Notes: generated by a model from the sequence alone, not told the origin. A stretch of 45,393 bases of DNA from Candidatus Haladaptatiplasma halalkaliphilum (GCA_019594055.1 JAFDTY010000002.1:1-45393); one strand, 5' to 3'. Shown: positions 1 to 8,713, numbered from the stretch's first letter. Program-made: numbers and translations.

Positions 1-3
1 ACT

Positions 4-95
4 GGAATTGCAAGGCAATTCCTATGACATCGGGAATGTGATTCCCGAAATGAGTTAAGGACATATCTAAATTACAGAAAGCATATGTCCTTAAC
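4..95. repeat. Three consecutive perfect inverted repeats (hairpins) in the 3' flank of the HTH-repeat operon
   Basis: The three hairpins are ggaattgc-aag-gcaattcc (4..22), cgggaat-gtg-attcccg (31..47) and gttaaggacatat-16 nt loop-atatgtccttaac (54..95). The region is non-coding and lies downstream of the minus-strand gene ending at 111. Confidence 0.6.
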
Positions 96-110
96 TATAT
101 ACCGTAAAAC

Positions 111-854
111 TCAGGGTTCATTCCTTTCCAAATCCGCCACCCAGCGGAGTATGGTATCCTTGGCTATGCCGTACTTCACGGATATGCCCGAGGCGTCCCC
201 GGTATCAAGGAATTCGCCTGTTATTTCTTCCTTTACATGAGATGAGTATGATGTATCTCTTCTAGGGATTCCCCTTTCAGCCAGCAGTTGACATATCATC
301 AACTCGTCGACCCCATACTCTCGTGAAATATCCCGGATATCCATTCCATCGCCATAGGCTTGTTCCACCCTATCTATCAACTTTATGGGGTTGCCTCTCC
401 CACGCCAGGTGATGCCACTATCATCAAGCCACTTGTAGATGGTCAGGGTAGATACGCCGTGCTTTTCCGCCACGGGTGTGGCGCTTCCCACCTCCAGATA
501 TTCCCTTATCACCCTATCCCGTAGTTCCTCATCGGAATGCCTGTTCTTTTTCGGGATGCCCCTTTCCTCGATCCAGCCGTAGAGTGTAAAGAAGGGCACG
601 CCGTACACTTCGTTGAGACGGGTGATGTCCTTCCCCTCCGCATACTCCCTTATCACTTTGTCCATGAACTCTTCGGTGTACTCGCTATCCATGCGGCACC
701 TCACATTCTTGTTACCTATCCGCACATCACCTCTTTTCAACCATTTGTAGATTGTCATGGGTGTCAGATCGTATTCCCTGGCCAGTTCGGATACCTTCTT
801 ACCTTCCAGATACCCCTCTATTACCGCTTTCTTGTACTCGTCTATATATTTCAT
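111..854 (-). CDS. Tandem helix-turn-helix repeat protein (5 modules of about 48 aa)
   Basis: This corresponds to track ORF 111..878. It has five consecutive modules of the type E-x-[IV]-x-[ED]-Y-x-x-G ... [KR]-[YH]-G-[VI]-x-x-x-T-[IV]-Y-x-W-[LI]-x-x-x-G-I. I prefer the ATG at 854 (MKYIDEYKK) because it forms an ATGA start/stop overlap with the upstream gene, whose stop is at 851..853. The track start at 878 is a TTG. Confidence 0.75.
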   Translation of the reverse strand: MKYIDEYKKAVIEGYLEGKKVSELAREYDLTPMTIYKWLKRGDVRIGNKNVRCRMDSEYTEEFMDKVIREYAEGKDITRLNEVYGVPFFTLYGWIEERGIPKKNRHSDEELRDRVIREYLEVGSATPVAEKHGVSTLTIYKWLDDSGITWRGRGNPIKLIDRVEQAYGDGMDIRDISREYGVDELMICQLLAERGIPRRDTSYSSHVKEEITGEFLDTGDASGISVKYGIAKDTILRWVADLERNEP

Positions 855-2053
855 GTTTGTTTCCACTTCCTCATCCAACGGTATATGGTGGACGGATGGA
901 CTTCGTACTTTTTCGACACGGATATCACGTCTTCGCCACTCATGTACTCCCTGATAGCCTTTTTTTCCAGCTCCTCGGGACTTCCCTTTCCCCGTTTGAC
1001 GATGCCTCTCTTGTTACGCCAGATAAGCATGGACTGTCTGGAGATGTTGTACCTTTTGGTTATATTCGATATGCTGTCGCCATCCACATAATCCTGTAAA
1101 GCCCTCACCTTGACCTCTTCTGGTATGGTTTTTGCCCTTCTTCGGATACCCTTCTCTTCCAGCCAACGGTACACGGTGTTTGGGTTTATACCGTGTTTTT
1201 TGGCGATACTCTTCCCGCTCTTTCCGTCCGTATACTCCCTGACCACCATTTCCTTGATATTATCCTGATAGGTACCCCCGGTCCTCGGTATCCCTTTCTT
1301 ATCAAGCCAGTGGTAGATAGTTGTTTCGGCGATATGGTATTTTCTTGCCACAGGGCCCGCACACCCTTCCCTGAGATATTCCTCAATCACCTCCTCTTTC
1401 ATATCTTCCGGGTATGCGTGACTTTTCAGGGGCACATCCCTTTCGCTCAACCATCTCAAAACGGTGGTGGTAGCGAGACCGTATCTCTTGGCCACACCAT
1501 TGGCGCTACCCTCTTTGACATAATCCTCTATGACCTTTTCCCTGACGTCATCGGTGTAGCAGTGTTTGTACCTGGATATGCCCATCTCCTTCAGCCACTG
1601 GTACACGGTGGTCGTACACACTCCGTATTCCCTTGCCACGGGCACGGCGTTTCCCAGTTCCAGGTAGGCTTCCACCACCCTTTCCTTTAACTCCTGCGTA
1701 TAGGCGTTCTTTCGCATCTCGAACCCTTCTTCCACCACCCATCGACACACGGTGTTTCGACTTATCCCGTGTTTTCTTGCCGTGCCGGAAGCGTTTTTTC
1801 CGTCAAGGTAGTCTCTTACCACCATACACCTGAATTCCACGGGGTGCCCGTGTTCGAATCTGGGTATCCCCTTTTCGTCCAACCAGCGGTATATGGTGGG
1901 CGTGGTGACACCGTATGTTTTTTCGATGTATGAACCGCTGCCCACCCTCATGTACTCCCTGATAGCCTTTTCCTTGAAGAATTCTGGATATCCGGATTCG
2001 TGTACGTGTACACCCTTTTCCCCGAGCCAGCGGTAAACGGTGCTTTTACTCAC
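851..2053 (-). CDS. Tandem helix-turn-helix repeat protein (8 complete modules plus a partial first module)
   Basis: The 400-aa ORF consists almost entirely of 48-aa repeats, for example EFFKEKAIREYMRVGSGSYIEKTYGVTTPTIYRWLDEKGIPRFEHGHP. The track start is a GTG. The repeat homology continues in frame upstream to 2146 without a canonical start codon (see findings). Confidence 0.75.
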   Translation of the reverse strand: MSKSTVYRWLGEKGVHVHESGYPEFFKEKAIREYMRVGSGSYIEKTYGVTTPTIYRWLDEKGIPRFEHGHPVEFRCMVVRDYLDGKNASGTARKHGISRNTVCRWVVEEGFEMRKNAYTQELKERVVEAYLELGNAVPVAREYGVCTTTVYQWLKEMGISRYKHCYTDDVREKVIEDYVKEGSANGVAKRYGLATTTVLRWLSERDVPLKSHAYPEDMKEEVIEEYLREGCAGPVARKYHIAETTIYHWLDKKGIPRTGGTYQDNIKEMVVREYTDGKSGKSIAKKHGINPNTVYRWLEEKGIRRRAKTIPEEVKVRALQDYVDGDSISNITKRYNISRQSMLIWRNKRGIVKRGKGSPEELEKKAIREYMSGEDVISVSKKYEVHPSTIYRWMRKWKQT

Positions 2054-2403
2054 ATCATATCCCTTCGAAAGTTCAGGAACCGATCTACCCTGGACATATT
2101 CCTGTACGACCTTGTGTTTGAACTCGTTGGAATATCTTATGATATATCACCTTCTACATCTTCATGAAAAATCGTTGTTCCTCCGTGAAGTTTACTCTGT
2201 TCAATAGAGGGTCATCGACATAACATCATTTTATAATTTTTGTAAACGGTAAGGGGATCCATTTCATCCCGTTATCCCACGGGATCATATTCAGGTGTAC
2301 CTGATGTGATCACCGCTACGGAGACAAAATCCGCTGAGGGGTATGACCCCGAATTCCGATTCTTGCGGAAAATATTATTATCTCCCTCAGGATACCTCAG
2401 CAG

Positions 2404-2877
2404 ATGATCCACCTACTCGACGAAAAACTCTCTCGTAAAAACTTCAAAAACTACGCTATGCAGAGTTCCCTGGCCGCGGTCATACTTTTTGCTTCCCTGT
2501 GCATACCTATCATCAGCAGTGAGATATTGATAGCAGCCATCGGCTCAACCGCTTTCGTTATCTTTGCGATGCCTTACCGGTTGACTGCAAGACCCAGGAA
2601 CGTGCTGGGCAGTCATTTGGTTTGCGGACTTATAGGCTTGTTTTTTTCACAACTCAACGAAACCGTACTACCACAAACAGTGATCATCAGCCTTGCAGTA
2701 GGGGCAGCTATCTTTGCCATGGTGACCCTAGATATAGAGCACCCTCCCGCAGGTGGCACTGTAATATTCTTGGCATTAACCCCCGATGTGCCTGCCTTCA
2801 TCGCCCTTTTACTGTTGGCAAACATAATGGTATTGATCTCATACCATATCAAACCGTACATGATAGACCTCATATGA
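2404..2877 (+). CDS. HPP family integral membrane protein
   Basis: The 157-aa product is hydrophobic, with about 4 TM segments and the family-defining motif in DIEHPPAGGT. Confidence 0.7.
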   Translation: MIHLLDEKLSRKNFKNYAMQSSLAAVILFASLCIPIISSEILIAAIGSTAFVIFAMPYRLTARPRNVLGSHLVCGLIGLFFSQLNETVLPQTVIISLAVGAAIFAMVTLDIEHPPAGGTVIFLALTPDVPAFIALLLLANIMVLISYHIKPYMIDLI

Positions 2878-2926
2878 ATACAAGGTAACGAGCGAAGGGT
2901 ATATAATACATGAACTGATTACAGGT

Positions 2927-3259
2927 GTGATTAGTTTGGCTAACAAGAAGTACAACAGCGAAGAAGAGGTAATAAGGGTACCGTACCCACGCAGAAGGGA
3001 AGGACAGATGTTCGCCATAGCCGATAAGATGCTGGGTGGCGGTAGGATACACGTTGTTTGCGAGGACGGGAAGTCACGTATGGGCAGAATACCCGGAAAA
3101 CTCAAGAAGAGGATGTGGATCCGTGAAGGAGACCTTCTCATAGTCAATCCATGGGACTTTCAGGATGAAAAGTGCGAGGTACAATACAGGTATACCCGAA
3201 CCCAGGTGAGCTATCTGAAGAGAAAGAATGACATACCCTCATCCATAGATATATTCTGA
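2927..3259 (+). CDS. eif1a: Translation initiation factor aIF-1A
   Basis: The S1-like OB core reads GQMFAIADKMLGGGRIHVVCEDGKSRMGRIPGKLKKRMWIREGDLLIVNPWDF, which is typical of a/eIF1A. The track start is a GTG. Confidence 0.9.
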   Translation: MISLANKKYNSEEEVIRVPYPRRREGQMFAIADKMLGGGRIHVVCEDGKSRMGRIPGKLKKRMWIREGDLLIVNPWDFQDEKCEVQYRYTRTQVSYLKRKNDIPSSIDIF

Positions 3260-3312
3260 CCCTCAAGGGAGCATAGAAAGAACATTATACCACCATATAT
3301 CTACCACAAGGT

Positions 3313-3477
3313 ATGAAGCGGGAACTTATGGATATCCTTCGATGTCCAAAATGCAAGGGTGTTCTCGAGCTTGAGGTTTCCCTGGAAGAAGAGGAGATAG
3401 AGGAAGGCACACTCTTTTGTGACTCATGTAAAAGGAAATACCCCGTCGAGAAGGGCATACCTGACATGCTGGTATGA
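3313..3477 (+). CDS. trm112: Trm112-like small zinc-ribbon protein (methyltransferase activator family)
   Basis: I translated this 54-aa ORF by hand; it is below the track cutoff. The product is MKRELMDILRCPKCKGVLELEVSLEEEEIEEGTLFCDSCKRKYPVEKGIPDMLV. It has CPxC...CxxC and the C-terminal YP[IV]xxGIPxML signature of Trm112/UPF0434. Confidence 0.7.
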   Translation: MKRELMDILRCPKCKGVLELEVSLEEEEIEEGTLFCDSCKRKYPVEKGIPDMLV

Positions 3478-3492
3478 AGTCGTCCCCGTTTT

Positions 3493-4446
3493 TTAGTGTT
3501 TTTTTCGTCCGTCCATGCAGTTGTACGAGCAAAATTGAACTTCATATTGCTCTACGAACTTTCTCTTCCTCGAAAAATCCTTGCCGCAGATATCACAGGT
3601 CAACGTTATGGCCTGCTCCTCCCAACTTTTCTTGCATCCGTAGGAACAGAGTTGTTCCTCGCTCCTATCTATCAATATCCTCTTTCTTTTGAAATCATCA
3701 CCGCAGTATTCGCAGGCTACCGTTACCAGCTCGTCTCTAATGGGCCATCTTTTCTTGCATTCATAGGAGCAGAATTGATGCTCGGACCTATCCGCCAATC
3801 CCTTCTTCCTGGTGAACTCCCGGTCGCAGTACTCGCAGTGCAGCACCAGTATATCGTTCCTTGTTTCCCACATGTCCCTGCATCGGTAGGTACAGAAATG
3901 ATGTTTCCTCATCTCGGCCAGAGCCTTGAGTCTTGTGAATTCCCGGCCGCAGTACTCACATCCCACGGCAACCCTGTCTTCCCTGAACTTCCATCTCTCG
4001 AAACATTCTGTCGAACAGAATAGGTTCCCGTTCCTGATCACTTCAGAAGAATCTGGGATGTTACCGCAAAAATCGCATACGACTTTTTCGGTGGCGTGCT
4101 CATCATTGTCCATGAAGACGGAATCCATCCTTTTTGATTCCCATTTATCCCTGCAATCTTTGGAACAAAAATGATCTCCCGTCATGCTGTTGATCACTTC
4201 GAAACCGGAAACCTTTTTCCCGCAAAAACCGCACTCCTCCGTTTCCATGTCCCTCACGTGTTCCAGAAGTGCCTCCGCCCTTTCCCTGCCCATACCTTTT
4301 ATCCCCTGGAGGTCTTCCAGCTTCAAAAGGGTAAGCTCGTCCACTGTATTGACGGATAACTCCGAGATGAGCACTTCCGCCAGTGAAGCTCCTATACCGG
4401 GAACCTTCATAAGTTCATCCTTCAAGTCTTCTGTTCTTCTGTCCAT
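3493..4446 (-). CDS. Helix-hairpin-helix protein with six tandem TRASH/FCS-type zinc-finger repeats
   Basis: The N-terminus has two HhH motifs (VPGIGASLAEVL and LQGIKGMGRERAEAL). These are followed by six units of C-x2-C-x(16-19)-[FL]C-[ST]-x-x-C, for example CEYCGREFTRLKALAEMRKHHFCTYRC. Confidence 0.7.
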   Translation of the reverse strand: MDRRTEDLKDELMKVPGIGASLAEVLISELSVNTVDELTLLKLEDLQGIKGMGRERAEALLEHVRDMETEECGFCGKKVSGFEVINSMTGDHFCSKDCRDKWESKRMDSVFMDNDEHATEKVVCDFCGNIPDSSEVIRNGNLFCSTECFERWKFREDRVAVGCEYCGREFTRLKALAEMRKHHFCTYRCRDMWETRNDILVLHCEYCDREFTRKKGLADRSEHQFCSYECKKRWPIRDELVTVACEYCGDDFKRKRILIDRSEEQLCSYGCKKSWEEQAITLTCDICGKDFSRKRKFVEQYEVQFCSYNCMDGRKKH

Positions 4447-4515
4447 ACTTACAGTATAATCATATGCAAAATGCTGTTATAAGATATTTACTTGAATTTA
4501 GCAGATAGCTTGGAA

Positions 4516-5010
4516 TCAAAGATAATCTTTCTGCAGCCTGACCACCTCGGTGCTGGTCCCGGCATCCCGGTACCTTTCCATGGGTTCCCGGTTCAATTCG
4601 AGGAAGTGGGGCCCCCACTTGAACAGGGATAACAATCCCTGGGCCTGCTCTTCCTCATCCAGTATGAAGAGTGCCGCTGCCAGGGCCTCCGCGGTGGTGA
4701 GCTTCAGAGGTCTGCCGTAATTCACCGGGTTGGCAGCCACGAGATACGGAAGTGCCCTTCCGTTGGAATACCTTTTCAACTTTGTATCTGCGTTTTTCCA
4801 TGTGCAGTCCACCGCCTTTATCCCACCGGTGAGTGCCCTTTCCCTGTCCTCGGATGATACTGCTCTATCCGAAAGGGGTGTCAGGAAGATCCCGTCCCGT
4901 CCCAGTTCGTTGACATCCTTCAATTTGACAGCTAAACCCTTTCCCAGTATCTTATGTGCCGTGCATTTTTTCGGGTCGCACTCACCGTAATCGTATATGT
5001 AAAGTTCCAT
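4516..5010 (-). CDS. tsr3: Tsr3-like small-subunit rRNA aminocarboxypropyltransferase (DUF367)
   Basis: The N-terminus YDYGECDPKKCTAHKL, and the segments AVDCTWK and LPYLVAANPVNYGRPLKLTTAEALAAAL, match the Tsr3 family pattern. Confidence 0.8.
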   Translation of the reverse strand: MELYIYDYGECDPKKCTAHKILGKGLAVKLKDVNELGRDGIFLTPLSDRAVSSEDRERALTGGIKAVDCTWKNADTKLKRYSNGRALPYLVAANPVNYGRPLKLTTAEALAAALFILDEEEQAQGLLSLFKWGPHFLELNREPMERYRDAGTSTEVVRLQKDYL

Positions 5011-5015
5011 GGGTC

Positions 5016-6284
5016 TTAACTCTCGAGATACCTCTTAACCATCTTTATGGCGCAGACGTCTCCGCACATGGAGCAGGTGTCCTGATCCCCTATGGGCCTT
5101 TCACTGCGGTACTTTCGCGCCTTTTCCGGGTCCACCACACCCTTGAACATCCTCTCCCAGTCCAGGTCCTTACGTGCACTGGAAACCTCCCTGTCTATAC
5201 CCGTATCGACACCTCGGGCTATGTCCGCGGCATGGGCGGCTATCCTGGATGCGATGGTGCCTTCCCTGACGTCATCCACATCGGGCAGGCCGAGGTGCTC
5301 CGACGGGGTCACGTAACATAGAAAATCGGCACCCTCGTAGGCAGCCAGGGCACCGCCGATGGCACCCACGATATGGTCGTACCCCGGTGCGAAATCGGTG
5401 ACCAGGGGACCCAGGACGTAAAAGGGGGCATCGTCGCACAATTTTTTCTGTATCTTCACGTTGGCGGATATCTGGTCCATGGGTACGTGACCGGGGCCCT
5501 CCACCATGGCCTGAACCTTGGCCTTGCGGGACCTTTTCACCAGCTCTCCCAGTGTGAGGAGTTCCTGTATCTGAGGCCTGTCGGTAGCATCGGCGATGGA
5601 ACCGGGTCGCAAGCCGTCACCGAGGCTCAGGGTAAGATCGTACTCTCTGGCTATCTCAAGTAAATAATCGAACTCCCGATAGAGCGGATTTTCCTCCTGG
5701 TTATGCAGTATCCAGGCGGTAAGGAATGAACCGCCCCGGCTCACCACATCGGTGAGTCTTCCCGATTCCTTCAGGGATCCCACCGCATTTCTGGTCACGC
5801 CGCAGTGTACCGTCACGAAATCAACGCCGTCCCTGGCATGCAGACGTATACTGTTGAACATATCGTCCGAGGTCATGTCAACGATGGCACCTTCCCGTGC
5901 CTTCTTCAAACCGCACTGGTAGATGGGGACGCTTCCCAGGGGTAGTGTGGTCTCGCCGATCATTGTACGTCTGATCTCATCCACATCTCCCCCGGTGCTC
6001 AGGTCCATCACCGTGTCCGCACCGTATTTTTCTGCGACCTTCAATTTCTCCAGTTCCAGACCTACATGGTGCATGTCTCCGGAGGTGCCTATGTTAACAT
6101 TCACTTTTACCCGGAGTCCCTTTCCTATGGCGGTGGGTCTCGGTCCGTGTATGGAATTGTAAGGGAGCACTGCAAAACCCTTTGCAATGAGACTGGCGAG
6201 TTTTTCCGCTTTCATGGATTCGGTTACGGCACACTGTTCCACCACATCGGGTACACCCCTTTCACATTCTTCCATGAGTGTCAT
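5016..6284 (-). CDS. thiC: Phosphomethylpyrimidine synthase ThiC
   Basis: The 422-aa product has characteristic blocks DTVMDLSTGG, FVTVHCGV, MVEGPGHVP, APFYVLGPLVTD, and the C-terminal CSMCGxxC iron-sulfur motif. Confidence 0.95.
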   Translation of the reverse strand: MTLMEECERGVPDVVEQCAVTESMKAEKLASLIAKGFAVLPYNSIHGPRPTAIGKGLRVKVNVNIGTSGDMHHVGLELEKLKVAEKYGADTVMDLSTGGDVDEIRRTMIGETTLPLGSVPIYQCGLKKAREGAIVDMTSDDMFNSIRLHARDGVDFVTVHCGVTRNAVGSLKESGRLTDVVSRGGSFLTAWILHNQEENPLYREFDYLLEIAREYDLTLSLGDGLRPGSIADATDRPQIQELLTLGELVKRSRKAKVQAMVEGPGHVPMDQISANVKIQKKLCDDAPFYVLGPLVTDFAPGYDHIVGAIGGALAAYEGADFLCYVTPSEHLGLPDVDDVREGTIASRIAAHAADIARGVDTGIDREVSSARKDLDWERMFKGVVDPEKARKYRSERPIGDQDTCSMCGDVCAIKMVKRYLES

Positions 6285-6405
6285 CGTGGTTCAATGAAGG
6301 GTCGAACATTATAACCTTTTGGATTGACAGCCGGTAAAAGAGAGCTATCTAATGTAAAAAACTAAATATGTTATGCTTTATCTTAAGCTGCCAAGGTGTT
6401 AATCT

Positions 6406-8646
6406 ATGGTAGAAGAAGAGATGACTTGCCCCGTATGCGATTCGAAGATACCCGTGGATTCGGATAAATGTACTTTCTGTGGTATCGAGACGGAACTGTT
6501 ACGCATGGTGGAAGAGAAAGGAGGAATCGTAGACGATGGGGTGAATGAGGGTCCTGTACCCGAGGAGACCTTGATCTTCGAATGCCCTATATGTGAAACA
6601 GATGTTGCCGAGGATGCAAAACGATGCCCTAAATGCGGGGCGATATTCGAGGAAGGAGTGGAAGATGAGGTGATAGAGGACGAGCTGGAGGCGGATTTCA
6701 ATGAAAGGCTAGCGGAAACAAGGCAGAGTTTATCCACGGTAAGAGCAATGGGAATAGGGCTAGATCACCTGAAAGCACTACTCAGGGATGCCACAACCGC
6801 GGGTTCTAACGGTGAATACAAACGAGGTATCCGGATCACGGATGAATGCATACGATCTGCACAGCATATAGAGGATATAAACGAGAGGGTGGTCTCAGCG
6901 AGGCATCTGATTATTGAGCTAAAGGACCTGGGAAAGGACCCCGATGTATACCTGGATTTTTTACGTGAGGCGGTAAAAAAATTGGACAGCGGACTCTACG
7001 ACCAAGCCACCACGGAGATCGAGAACATCAACATCATGATGGAGGAAGAGCTGGAAAGCCTGAAAACAAAAACCCGTGAGTTGGAGGCGGAATTCAAAGA
7101 TAAATTCGAAGCCGCCAAGAAGAAACTTCTTGTGATCAGGGACGGTGAGATAAACATAGAGGAACAGAGGGGATTATTGAGGATGGCCAGGGACGCCGAG
7201 AGTGAAGGTGATCATCAGAGGGCGATAGAGCACCTCGACGAACTTCTGCTTTCATGCGAAAGCGTATCCACCATATTGGACATCATCGAGAAATTTAAAG
7301 AAACCTTAAATATGCTGAGAGAAAGGGGACTGGAACACCGATCCTACGTTCAGAACATCAGAAAAGGTAAGGGGATGGCCGATGAGGGGCGCTACCAAGA
7401 GGCCGAGGAGGTCATGGCTAAAACCCTCGAAGAGGCGGAAAATGCCCTGACCTGTGAAAGAGTTCTGAGCGATACCGAGAGTAGAGAACTGTATAACGAC
7501 ATGCGTGAAATTGTCAACGACCTGATGGAAAGGGTGATGAAAAGTCACATTTCACATGAACGTATCGACAGGATGATAGACAGGGCGTCGGAACAAGAGG
7601 GCAAGGGGAATACAGACACTGCGGCCCGGATACTGGAAAAGGTAGTGGGTAAGGCTGAAAAACTGCTCTTGATACGTAATATGATAGACCAGGGGAAGGT
7701 AAGATTAAAGGAATTGAAGAAATACGGCAAGGTGGACAAATCATACCTTGATGCCCTGAAGGAAGGCAAGAAATTGGCGGACAAGGGTGATTACGACACG
7801 GCCGTCAAGTTGGTGACCGATACAATAGAAGAGATGGATAACAAGATAAGCAAGACCTCCGGTGGTGGGGTCGCCGAAATAAGCAGGAAAACTTCCATAA
7901 AGGACATAGAGGACATGGTGTCCGAATTGAAGGATTTATTGTCAACTGCAAAAAAGCACGGTATAAAGGTGGAAGGAGGTCGCGAGATAATCTCGGAGGC
8001 CCTTGAAAGCGTTGCAGACAAGGATTTTGATAATACCCTCGAACTGTTAAGAAAAGGTAAGACCAGGATAATCGATTACCTGAAAGATGTCATTGACGGC
8101 AAGGTGGTCTCCCTTGAGCTGGCCATGGATGGCATATCAAAAGATGATGTGAAAACGGTTGAAAGGTACCTGGAACAGGTAAAACATACCGTGGAAGCCC
8201 ACAAGATATTCGAGGCCCTCGAGTACCTCTCCAAGGCGAATTCCCTCGTTGAGGTTTCCGAGGAGCCCGTGGGTGAAGCAGAATCCAACGTTGCATACGC
8301 GGGAAAGCTCTTATTCGATGCCGAGATGCTTGGAATAGATGTTACCCAGGCGAACGAACTACTGGATAAGGCCAAACTCGAACTAGAAGTGGGGGATTGG
8401 GAAAGTGCCGATGAATTCGCAGGTGACGCACGTGAAAGGATATATCAGAATGTACCCGCCAGACTTCAATCACTGGTCAGGGAGGCTCAAGAGGACCTTA
8501 AGAAGGCCAAGATATTCGGTATCAACGTATCCGAGGAGATAGAAATACTGAAGAGCGCCACCACTGCAAAGGATCAAGGTGATATGGTGAAATGCCTAGC
8601 CTTCATGAAGCGTTACAAGGAAAGGATAGAATTGTTGAAGGTTTGA
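6406..8646 (+). CDS. Double zinc-ribbon protein with about 10 TPR/MIT-like helical repeats (paralog family A)
   Basis: The N-terminus has CPVCDSKIPVDSDKCTFCG and CPICETDVAEDAKRCPKCG. These are followed by recurring units x-G-[IV]-[DN]-[VI]-x(5)-L-L-x-x-A-x(6,7)-G-[DE]-[YW]-x-x-A. It is a paralog of 29125..33483 and 37787..38917. Confidence 0.7.
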   Translation: MVEEEMTCPVCDSKIPVDSDKCTFCGIETELLRMVEEKGGIVDDGVNEGPVPEETLIFECPICETDVAEDAKRCPKCGAIFEEGVEDEVIEDELEADFNERLAETRQSLSTVRAMGIGLDHLKALLRDATTAGSNGEYKRGIRITDECIRSAQHIEDINERVVSARHLIIELKDLGKDPDVYLDFLREAVKKLDSGLYDQATTEIENINIMMEEELESLKTKTRELEAEFKDKFEAAKKKLLVIRDGEINIEEQRGLLRMARDAESEGDHQRAIEHLDELLLSCESVSTILDIIEKFKETLNMLRERGLEHRSYVQNIRKGKGMADEGRYQEAEEVMAKTLEEAENALTCERVLSDTESRELYNDMREIVNDLMERVMKSHISHERIDRMIDRASEQEGKGNTDTAARILEKVVGKAEKLLLIRNMIDQGKVRLKELKKYGKVDKSYLDALKEGKKLADKGDYDTAVKLVTDTIEEMDNKISKTSGGGVAEISRKTSIKDIEDMVSELKDLLSTAKKHGIKVEGGREIISEALESVADKDFDNTLELLRKGKTRIIDYLKDVIDGKVVSLELAMDGISKDDVKTVERYLEQVKHTVEAHKIFEALEYLSKANSLVEVSEEPVGEAESNVAYAGKLLFDAEMLGIDVTQANELLDKAKLELEVGDWESADEFAGDARERIYQNVPARLQSLVREAQEDLKKAKIFGINVSEEIEILKSATTAKDQGDMVKCLAFMKRYKERIELLKV

Positions 8647-8713
8647 CCTCTCCGTTCTCCCCCGTTATGTCGTATCCGAAGGTTTTATCTCCTAAAAGAT
8701 AGTTATACAATAC

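Larger units (their letters stand above)
111..2146 (-). repeat. Coding tandem array of 14 HTH modules with about 144-nt periodicity, spread over two coupled genes
   Basis: The periodicity is visible in both translated ORFs. The DNA copies are diverged; conservation is at the protein-motif level (TIYxWL, EY, G-I). Confidence 0.7.

Noticed and set aside
851-878. The 28-nt overlap of the two HTH-repeat ORFs, considered as evidence for a frameshifted pseudogene.
   Set aside because: The overlap depends on a TTG start in the track. An ATG at 854 gives a classic ATGA stop/start coupling, and both ORFs are intact. A frameshift is therefore not required, although it cannot be formally excluded.
111-2146. 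Regular 144-nt periodicity, which could have been a CRISPR or satellite array.
   Set aside because: The periodicity lies entirely inside two long ORFs and is conserved at the amino-acid level, not as identical DNA repeats with unique spacers. It is a coding domain array.
6285-6405. Possible TPP riboswitch upstream of thiC (TPP riboswitches occur in some Thermoplasmata-type archaea).
   Set aside because: The 120-nt leader, read on the minus strand, contains neither the CUGAGA box nor the ACCUGAUCUGGAUAAUGCCAGCG-like pyrimidine-sensor helix. It is shared with the divergent promoter of 6406..8646. I could find no supporting structure by eye.
6421-6660. The N-terminal zinc ribbons of the paralog family, considered as RanBP2/NZF-type ubiquitin-binding fingers. 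They share the same C-x2-C-x10-C-x2-C spacing.
   Set aside because: The diagnostic Trp before the first Cys, the Asn in the loop and the T-F ubiquitin-contact dipeptide in the right register are missing. The TF in CTFCG sits between the last two Cys. The fingers are treated only as generic double zinc ribbons.
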